In this document: piece after piece, positions 54,908 to 64,000 of the stretch | Layout of the letters: each line of letters opens with the position of its first letter | Position numbering within the stretch: the first letter of the stretch is position 1 | Origin: Octopus sinensis | Taxonomy: Eukaryota | Direction of reading: 5' to 3' | Assembly (NCBI RefSeq): GCF_006345805.1 | Contig: NC_043000.1 | Coordinates: 67,518,001-67,582,000 of the forward strand | DNA: 64,000 nt | The notes under the pieces: generated by a model | The model's database searches: none | The model's input: only the letters and a program-made list of their open reading frames with translations | What the model was told of the DNA's origin: nothing | Position numbers and translations under genes: made by a program

Positions 54908-55673
54908 CTTGCTTCGCAAAAACATAGTCTTTCTCACACAAGGAAATGTAAATCATTTCAATAGATACTTTATCTGTCGTAGATACAAGTAGCAACCTCG
55001 AATATTCGGAAAACATTTAAATTCATAATTCTTTTTCTTTTGACATTCAGTTATTTTATTGGGTCATTTTATTGAAGTACATTCGTCCAGCTTTTCTTGG
55101 ATTACATGAGACATTTTTGGAGAGACTGAATGCTTGTTGTGTACTTCAATGCCAACTCGTTCGATGGTGCTTGAACATTTAGTTTACTTATTTGTGCTGT
55201 GCTGCGTTGTTTAGCATATGTTGCATGAGGGATTTTGCAAAATATTTTTAGACAAAACACAAATGTTGGTATTTTTTACTGTGGAAATAAAATTCAACAG
55301 GGCCACGAAATTTAGTAAAGTACATTAATATCAAAATCATTTGAATATTGTTTTCAATAATTATCCGTGGAACATGCACAACATTATATTCTTGGTGGTG
55401 GCCGATTTTATATAGCACAGCAATGGGTCCAAACATTGAAAAACTTTGATCGAAATCCGGAAATGAATCGAAGAATTACTTTTCTCCTTCCGTATGATGT
55501 AAATTCAGGTGTGAATTGTCATCGATCATGGCGGCGTAAAAATATAATTTGTTTTGTTTCAACTCTTCCGCTAGAAATAATGTTTTCTGAATGTTCCGTG
55601 CACAACTAATACGTGCGCTGCTGGTATTCAAAATCCTGATTTTGTCACTTTCCTCTCTCTCTCTCTCGCTCTC

Positions 55674-55710
<37 letters not shown>

Positions 55711-56056
55711 TTATTTCTCAATTAATCTTACAAGCGCATACACTTCATCTCAGCATACTCTGTCTTCTTTAAACACATATCAACTCATAGAAAGTGTTTA
55801 GCTTTTTACTGTGTATTGTAACAGACTCTGTGTTTACAGCAGCAGTTTCCGGCAAACATACTCTAAGTTTTGTTTGTATTCTAAGCTAAAACTGTTTTCA
55901 CGTACATTACTCAAGATTATTTTTAAACACCAATTGTTTTGCCTCATAGTCATAGCATAACTGTATTATGCTATGCATGTGAGCATTACTTCGAACGTGT
56001 GCAGAACATTTAGTTTCTTCAAAGGTAAAGTCATTTTTCGCACTAGAGAGGAAGTA

Positions 56057-56247
56057 TATGGTGTTCAAAAAGTCTCTCCGCAGTAAGTATTTTGTTGCAA
56101 AATAAATATTTATAAAATGGTATAAGACTACAAAAGAATATATTAGACTTTACAAGACATTACATAAGTTGACTCGTCTACACATATTTTGAAATACATC
56201 TTGGATGGAAAAAAATTCACTGCGAAAAGACTTTTTGAACACCCTAC
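56057..56247. mobile_element. Tc1/mariner-type MITE (~190 bp)
   Basis: TIRs GGTGTTCAAAAAGTCTCTCCGCAGT and ACTGCGAAAAGACTTTTTGAACACC in TA context. Confidence 0.75.
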
Positions 56248-56499
56248 ATATCTCTTAAAGCTGAGGAGGCGACTGAATTGGGAGCCAATGCGAATAAAAA
56301 TAATCAAACGGTGATCACAAAAGGCTGTAAAAACAAGATATTAATTTTTTAATTACATTGCAGGAATATGCACCACATTAACTACCTCCAGTTACTATCA
56401 TATAGTGTAGGAGCAAAGTAAAGTCAGATTGTAGTTCAAATTTTACTCCTATGATCAAAACTGATTACCTATGATGATTAGGCAGCACTGACCTACAAA

Positions 56500-57660
56500 T
56501 GGATTTAATACATCTTCTCTTTGAAAATTATTTTCACGTAAATAGATCATACCAAACGTTGAAACCTATCCTCTATCAAAGAACTTATAAAAAAGAGTAT
56601 ATCTTTTGTAAAAGTCAATCGGATTTCTCTTCTGTAGTAGTCTTTTCACATGTCCGTCATTGCAGATCAATAACTTTCACTTAAAGATCTGAAAGATTTT
56701 TTTTGATGCTTTCACATTTTCATTGAGATCAGAAAAACATTATAAAATACTAGAACCAGCTCTAGATTAGCAAGGATGTCTTGAGCAAATTCGAAAAAGA
56801 AACGGTGAATTTGCGTCTTGGATGTATCTTTCAAAGCAAAGAAAGTTATTGAAGTTATTAGCTGGGAGTGAAAAATTCATGTTAAAACGCTTTCGCTTTA
56901 GAATATATGAGCATATAATCTGAAAATCCCCTTGTAATCTGGGAATGGATCTGTTGAAATGTGTCATGAACACAATTAAAGATGCTTATTTCCGTAACCA
57001 CTCACCGGTTACAAGAAGCGACTGAGCATTGTTCCACTCATTAAAAAAAAAATGCCAATTTCCATCGGATGTTGATAAAATTATGAGATAACTTAACTGG
57101 TAATAATTCTCCTTACAGCGATGTGTTATGGTAAAATGCTATATTCAGCGCCTATTTCTTCAAAAAATCGATCGCAAACTAGTAATAAATGAGTGCATGT
57201 TATCCAATAAAACTCGCTGTTGCTTCTACTGGTTCTATCAAACATGACAAATCTGCAATGGGTCTGCTGATGAAAGATGCATTGAAATACTACGGACTTT
57301 CTACATTCCATATAGCCACCAGCTTTGTGGTCTTGACCAAAGAAACCTTTTCGTACACCAAACATAATGTTTCCATCACCAAACGCTTTAGACGTTTCCT
57401 AAGCAGAGGATAGTCGTACCGTCTTTTCAAAATTATCATAAATTCTCCAAATGAACAATAGAAATGCACAAATTTTCATGCACGGACATTGGTTCAATAA
57501 GAATGAAAGAAACCTGCTGGGGATGTTGTATCTTGTGTCTTCGACTCTCCTACCCACGGTTTCCGCAAAAAGATTCGCATGCTTGAATATTTTGTTTATG
57601 GACATACTTTATAAGATATTGCTATCGTTTTCTTTTCTTAGCTAATAACTATTGTCAAAC
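56500..57660 (-). mobile_element. Decayed hAT transposase (SPIN/Charlie, GTF2IRD2-like group)
   Basis: LFAETVGRRVED (cf. LS..TV.RRIED), QCIFHQQTHC (cf. HCIIHQEALC) and EIGAEYSILP.HIAVR (cf. AEY.DLPYHT.VRWLS). Confidence 0.6.
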
Positions 57661-58139
57661 TGGCTTTAGATGCAAATTCATGATTAACAGTTAGCCTTGT
57701 GATAAATTACTATTGTGATAAAATACTGATCGCAAAAAAAAGTAAAGAAAATACGCCACATGATGCAATGAAGGAAATGTTACTCATTTAAAGACGTGTA
57801 AATCGGTATATGCCATTATGATACGGCATACAGTTAAAGAGTTTAACTAAGAAGGATGGAATGGCTGTGATAGCTTCGTGGCACACATTTTCTGAGTAAT
57901 TAATTATCATTTGGGGGTTTGTTTTGTTTCAATTAGAAAATATTCCAACCTCAAATGTTATTAAAAAACGCAATATTTAGAGTCAAAATTTCGCTTTTCT
58001 CTCGTGGTATTATGAAACAGTTTTCTATATCAATTTCCCGATTAAAAGATTTTTAAAGAAGACAAAATGGTAATGCTGTACAAATTCTAATAAACGGAGC
58101 GGAATACAGGTTGAAAAAGGACTATTACTCTTTTTACTC

Positions 58140-58338
58140 TTTTACTTGTTTCAGTCATTTTGACTGCAGCCATGCTGGAGCACCGCCTTTAGTCGAGCAA
58201 ATCGACCCCAGGACTTATTCTTTGTAAGCCCAGTACTTATTCTATCGGTCTCTTTTGCCGAACCGCTAAGTGGCGGGGACGTAAACACATCAGCATCGGT
58301 TGTCAAGCAATGCTAGGGGGACAAACACAGACACACAA

Positions 58339-58375
<37 letters not shown>

Positions 58376-58551
58376 CATATATACGACAGGCTTCTTTCAG
58401 TTTCCGTCTACCAAATCTACTCACAAGGCATTGGTCGGCCCGGGGCTATAGCAGAAGACATTTGCCCAAGATGCCACGCAGTGGGACTGAACCCAGAACC
58501 ATGTGGTTGGTTAGCAAGCTACTTACCACACAGCCACTCCTGCGCCACTCC

Positions 58552-58552
<1 letters not shown>
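58140..58552 (-). mobile_element. CORE-type tRNA-derived SINE family A, full length
   Basis: Head GGAGTGGCTGTGTGGTAAG, B-box GGGTTCAGTCCC, core GTGGCATCTTGGGCAAATGTCTT, internal (TA)(TG) tract and AAAAGAGTA-repeat tail. Confidence 0.9.
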
Positions 58553-58587
<35 letters not shown>

Positions 58588-58597
58588 ATATACATAT

Positions 58598-58766
58598 ATA
58601 CGACAGGCTTCTTTCAGTTTCCGTCTACCAAATCTACTCACAAGGCATTGGTCGGCCCGGGGCTATAGCAGAAGACATTTGCCCAAGATGCCACGCAGTG
58701 GGACTGAACCCAGAACCATGTGGTTGGTTAGCAAGCTACTTACCACACAGCCACTCCTGCGCCACT

Positions 58767-58770
<4 letters not shown>
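58598..58770 (-). repeat. Identical tandem duplicate of the SINE A 5' half (period 217 bp)
   Basis: 58381-58552 recurs base for base at 58598-58769. Confidence 0.9.
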
Positions 58771-58814
<44 letters not shown>

Positions 58815-58815
<1 letters not shown>

Positions 58816-59133
58816 ACTCCGCCGGTTACGACGACGAGGGTCCCAGCTGATACGATCAACGGAACAGCTTGCTCGTGAAATTAACGTGCAAATGGCTGAG
58901 CATTCCACAGACACGTGTACCCTTAACGTAGTTCTCGGGGAAAATCAGCGTGACACAGAGAGTGACAGGCTGACCCTTTGAAAATACAAGTACAACTCAT
59001 TTTTGCCAGCTGAGTGGACTGGAGCAACGTGAAATAAAGTGTCTTGCTCAGGGACACAACGCGTCGCCGGGAATCGAACTCACAACCTTACGATCATGAG
59101 CCGAATGCCCTAACCACTAAGCCACGCGCCCTC
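58815..59133 (-). mobile_element. CORE-type SINE family B, full length
   Basis: Reverse complement colinear with 31931-32250; B-box GAGTTCGATTCC. Confidence 0.9.
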
Positions 59134-59151
59134 ACCTATATATATATACAT

Positions 59152-59182
<31 letters not shown>

Positions 59183-59216
59183 ACACACACACACACAACA
59201 CACACATATATATATA

Positions 59217-60688
59217 CAGTAACTTGCAAAAGTCTAAACCCCACCTCCAGATATTATACTGTGTTATCAGGTAGTTTGTCATTGATGTATACAATCCAAA
59301 ACAATCAAAAGTGACATGTGCGTTCTACCATAACAAACAAACTTGGCCAATCTTATTTTGGTGATTTAACTGCCTACAAAATCATTCGCCACATGGTTTT
59401 TTGCTATGTTGGTCTTTGGACTCTGACTGTAAACACAAGGTGTCAAACTCGGGAAAGAAAATGGGCAAGCCTCTCTCTCAGGAACTTAAAAACCTTATTA
59501 TTCAAAAGTACAATGAAAATAATAGCTATAAGAAGATTGCAAAAACTTTAGAAGTTCCCTTAAGCACTGTTAAAACTGTAGTTAAGAAGTGGTTAGTGCA
59601 AAAAACAACTGCTACTCGACCAAGATCTGGGGGACCGAGCAAACTTACCAGAAGAGCAAAGTCAAAACTGGTCCAAGAGGCAACCTCCAACCCTAGTGCA
59701 ACACTGGAAGACTTGAAAGCTTCAGTTTCCAGCACTGTAACAGATGTCCATGCATCTACAATTTCCAGAGTATTGCACCGGTCTGGCCTGCAAGGGAGGG
59801 TAGCTAGAAAAAAAGCCCCTTCTGAAGCCTATACACAAGCAAGCTAGGCTAAACTTTGCCAAAAGTCACATTAATGATTCCATGACCATGTGGCGAAAGA
59901 TTTTGTGGTCAGATGAGACCAAAGTCGAGTTATTTGGAAAAAATACGAAACGCTACGTTTGGCGGAAAAAAGACACTGCTCATCAACCTCGTTACACTGT
60001 AAAGCACGGCGGTGGCTCGATCATGCTTTGGGGTTGTTTTTCAGCTACAGGGCCTGGAGAGTTGGTAACCATCCAAGGTATCATGGACAGTATAAAGTAC
60101 CAAGAAATATTGGAGGCAAATCTGCTGAAGTCTGCTAGAGCTCTGCGCTTGGGTCGCAATGTCAAGTTTCAACAAGATAACGACCCCAAGTATGTGTCAA
60201 AAAGCACTAAAGCTTTGTTTGCTAGCAAGAAAATCAGTTTTAGAGTGGCCCAGCCAGTCTCCAAGCTTCAATCCTATAGAAAATCTATGGCGAGATTTAA
60301 AGCTGGCTGTGCACCGACGTTCCCCATCCAATCCGACACAGGTCGAGAAACTCTGCCATGAAGAATGGCGAAAACTGTCAGCAGACCACTGCAGCAAGCT
60401 CCTGGAGGGCTACCCGAGGCGTCTGCAGGCTGTAATTGACGCAGCAGGATCATCCACAAAGTATTAGCTGAAGACATTCCAAAGGAAGTGACTTTTGAAA
60501 AGAGATTTTTCAAAATTATCTTAAGAATCAGCTTTAAAATTTTCAAATGTATTTTGTGTATTAAATAAAAGTGTGATAGATCTGCTTATTAAAACAAATT
60601 ATTGGAGTTTAAAATATTAATTGTTCCTATCAAAATAAACAAAATACATCCAGTTTCCGAGTGGGGTGTAGACTTTTGCAAGGCACTG
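59217..60688 (+). mobile_element. Full-length Tc1 (DD34E) transposon, 1472 bp
   Basis: TA-flanked TIRs CAGTAACTTGCAAAAGTCTAAACCCCAC and (rc) CAGTGCCTTGCAAAAGTCTACACCCCAC enclose a transposase. Confidence 0.95.
59461..60467 (+). pseudogene. Tc1 transposase with two single-base frameshifts
   Basis: MGKPLSQELK HTH region, WSDETK, QQDNDPK and [15 protein letters not shown], with 34 residues between D and E after repair. Frameshifts lie at the A-run ~59810 and at ~60238. Confidence 0.95.
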
Positions 60689-60710
60689 TATGTATGTATA
60701 TGTATATATA

Positions 60711-60814
<104 letters not shown>

Positions 60815-60861
60815 TATAAAGAGAAAGCGTGGAGAAACAGGTAGGTAGGTAGGTAAGTAGG

Positions 60862-60937
<76 letters not shown>

Positions 60938-61669
60938 CAGACAAAGAAATGTAGCCGGTTTCAAACCACAACAAAAAAATAAGTAATATGTATGTTTTAT
61001 AACATATATATACTAATACACACCCGTTGTTTTATGTGAGGAATAAGTTACATTGAAATATAGGAATATATTCAAGAAAGAATTAAATGAAGATAAAACA
61101 ATATTGAAATAAAGAAGCATTTAGTAGGTCAAAATACATATTAGTTTTTATCTGTCTTTATTTCTGTATACAACGTTATATACAACAAACCACAGATAGG
61201 AAATTTTATACCTCTGTATACAATATCTTTTGTGAATTTCACATTTTCATGATTGAGGCTCGTGTGAGATCTTCGTGTTGTAGTAAGTAGACTTAAGAGA
61301 AATTTAAAGAACAGAGCTTCATCATTTTCTTGCCATTTTTTTTGTTTTTATAAACTTCTTTTAAAAGAAGAGTTATTTTCGAAAGTGGTATTTTAATGTC
61401 TGTAATGCACGTGTTGAGAAATATATGTGTGTGTCTGTGGACATACATAGATACATACATGCATGCGCATGAATGTACATACGTGCATACATACATACAT
61501 ATACACACAGCGAGCGAGATGATGTATTGGGCAAGAGATCGAGAGAAAACCAGTGGTAGAACGTTGCTGCACAGTACCTTTGAATTGTCTATATTTCTCG
61601 TTTACTGGCTGAGAGATCGAAGGAAAAACACAGACAGGCATACGGACAGACGTAGACTGACAGACACGT

Positions 61670-61717
<48 letters not shown>

Positions 61718-62429
61718 CATTTCTTATTGTGAAGAAAGTAACTTGATGAAATTTAACAGAGTAAAACATATTTACTCGTAAGTTATTTTAAGAGAAATTT
61801 AAAGAATGGCGATTCATCATTTTCTTGTCATTTAGTAATAAAACTAGTTTTTTGAAAGGAAGAATTTTTATTTGTTTGTGTGTGTATGTATGTGTGTGTG
61901 TGTCTGTGTGCGTATGCGTACGTGTGTGTGTGCGTGTGTGTGCGTATGCGTACGTGTGTGTGTGTGCGTACATACATACATACATACATACATACATACA
62001 TACATACATACATACATACATACATACATACATACATACGTACGTACGTACACATACGTCAGAGAGCAAGAGTGGAGAGTTGCAGACCAAAGTGGAAGTT
62101 ATGTTACAAACACAGATTTGACAATAATTATTACAGCGTCTTTTATGTATACAAGTTCATATGTTGTGACTGCCTGTTTGAGAAAACGTTGATATTTACA
62201 TGAGTAATCCGAGGGAAAGAGATTCGAGAATTTTGCCAGCTTTAACATGTTCTGTTATTCAACACAACTTAAATTTTAGCGAACAAATGAACGTTTCAGT
62301 CATCTAACAGCTTTCAACAATGTTTTAATAGAAATAGCACGAGATGAGAGCTTCTCCGACTGCTGGGAGAAAAGAAAGAATATTTCTTGAGTTTTCTTTA
62401 TATAACCAAAATGGTTTCCAAAATAGAAG

Positions 62430-63160
62430 TCTCTGATTGATCGCTAAAAATTAAAGACACCACTTGTTGCAACCTGTTTTAATGCTGATGTTAAGACGGA
62501 ATTCGGATTCAAAAAGAGAAGCATTGTTAGTGGAAGCCTGAAATTAACACAACGTAAATACAAAAGACATGACAATTTGACAAGAATGACCCATTGGGGG
62601 CTCTGTCTGGAAAGATCAAAGATGTGGTATGACCAATCCCAGAAGGAGTTACTGAGAATGAGGATTGGAAAATCCTGTGGCATGCAATGATTCGGTTTGA
62701 CCATCAATGATTCAGTGTGATCATCAATGTCAGGTTTCCGATGTCTACATCGGAAACCTGACATTGTTGTGAACAGAAAAAGAAGAAAAAAAACATGCCT
62801 GATAATCGTAATAGCCTGTCTTGGTGACATCAGGATCGAAGAGAAAAAAGAAAATGTGAACAACTACGATGAATTGAAGTGGGAAATACGCAGGCTGCGA
62901 GCAATGAAGAGTGGACGTGATATGCACAGAAACTGGCGCGCTTAAATTCGTCTGCACTCAACAACAAACAGGACTCGTAAAAATTGGTACAAATGTAAAG
63001 ATAGCACACCTAGAGAAATCAACTTTACTTGGAACTGCAAGAATTTTCCGCAGGGTTCTTTAAGCAAGTCAGTAAACAAGTGTCATCTTAGTCACCTGGC
63101 TATGGGTAACTGACACTTTCCATCATACCCAGCAAAATAAGCTGAGAGTTTTTCATGAGA
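62430..63160 (+). mobile_element. R4/Dong-type retrotransposon 3' portion with stop, 3' UTR and (TAA)n tail
   Basis: YKRHDN..HWGLC, ENEDWKILW, HRKPDIVV..CLII.IA..GD.RIEEK and LLGTARIFRRVL* (stop at 63061-63063). Confidence 0.85.
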
Positions 63161-63169
63161 TACTACTAC

Positions 63170-63250
<81 letters not shown>

Positions 63251-63463
63251 TAATAATAACAACAACAACAACAATAATAATATAATAATAATAATAAGAA
63301 GAAGAATAATAATAAGAATAATAATAATAATAAGAAGAAGAAGAGAGAAGAAGAAGAAGAAGAAGAAGAAGAAGAAGAAGAAGAAGAAGAAGAAGAAGAA
63401 GAAGAAGAAGAAGAAGAAGAAGAAGAAGAAGAAGAAGAAGAAGAAGAAGAAGAAGAAGAAGAA
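63161..63463. repeat. (TAA)n grading into (GAA)n microsatellite
   Basis: Directly visible. Confidence 0.95.
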
Positions 63464-64000
63464 AGGAAGCTTATAAGTTCGAAAGGGAACTAGACATTAA
63501 CCTTGAATCAGATGAAGAGCCGGAAACCACTGCTACCAAGCAAGCAAAGCGAATCAAGCAGACTGCAAAAAAGAACGGGCAGAATCAAATTGAGAGGCGG
63601 TGGAGCCAGAAGCCCCTGCATGGACAATATATTCTCCGAAGCCAAAATGCTGATGTAGACCAAGCAACAACCCATCAGTGGCTGAAGAGTTCTGGATTGA
63701 AAGCAGAGACTGAAGGCTTCATACTGGCAGCACAAGATCAAAGCTTGTTTACCAGAAATTACCAGGCTAACGTTCTCCGAAACGGTACTGACCCTGAATG
63801 CAGATTCTGCGACACATTTGACGAAACAATAGACCATCTCGTTTCGGGATGTCCTGTGCTGACACCAAACGAATACAAAAATCGCCACGATAGGGTAGGA
63901 CAGTATATACATTGGAAGATATGTAAACACTACAAATTCGGCACTCCTGCTAACTGGTATGAACACCATCCTCAGCCAGTTGTTGAAGGTAAAAATGTCA
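63464..64000 (+). mobile_element. Young 5'-truncated R4/Dong-type retrotransposon, runs off the window
   Basis: Open frame WSQKPLHGQY..WLKSSGLKAETEGFILAAQDQ..CRFCDTFDETIDHLVSGC (CCHC)..RHDRVGQYIHWKICK. Confidence 0.92.

Noticed and set aside
56364-56410. Next exon after the lectin exon (GICTTLTTSSYYHIV*)
   Set aside because: The acceptor is plausible, but an early stop and no family signal leave it unsupported.
63508-63969. 153-aa minus-strand ORF
   Set aside because: Antisense shadow of the plus-strand Dong ORF.

Overview
AT-rich, microsatellite-dense eukaryotic DNA whose repeat complement (tRNA-headed SINEs, (TA)n/(TAA)n/(GATA)n arrays, Penelope-like, R4/Dong and Tc1 elements) looks like an octopod cephalopod genome; the species is an inference. 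Nearly all listed ORFs are microsatellite translations or chance frames. Best-supported content: one host coding exon at 39868-40128 (+, phase 1-1) encoding a divergent SUEL/rhamnose-binding-lectin-like domain; a near-complete DD34E Tc1 element (59217-60688); relics of Tc1, hAT, Helitron, CR1/L2-type, RTE, R4/Dong and Penelope elements; and three SINE families. Most notable non-coding signals: type-I hammerhead ribozymes, two with an intact core, a long structured stem II and compensatory stem I changes (13272-13358 minus, 50695-50776 plus); a head-to-head tRNA-Asp-like foldback element (54265-54521); and a 3' stem-loop shared by a CORE-type SINE and a CR1/L2-type LINE. All assignments come from manual translation and motif recognition; no database search was run, and edges of decayed elements are approximate.
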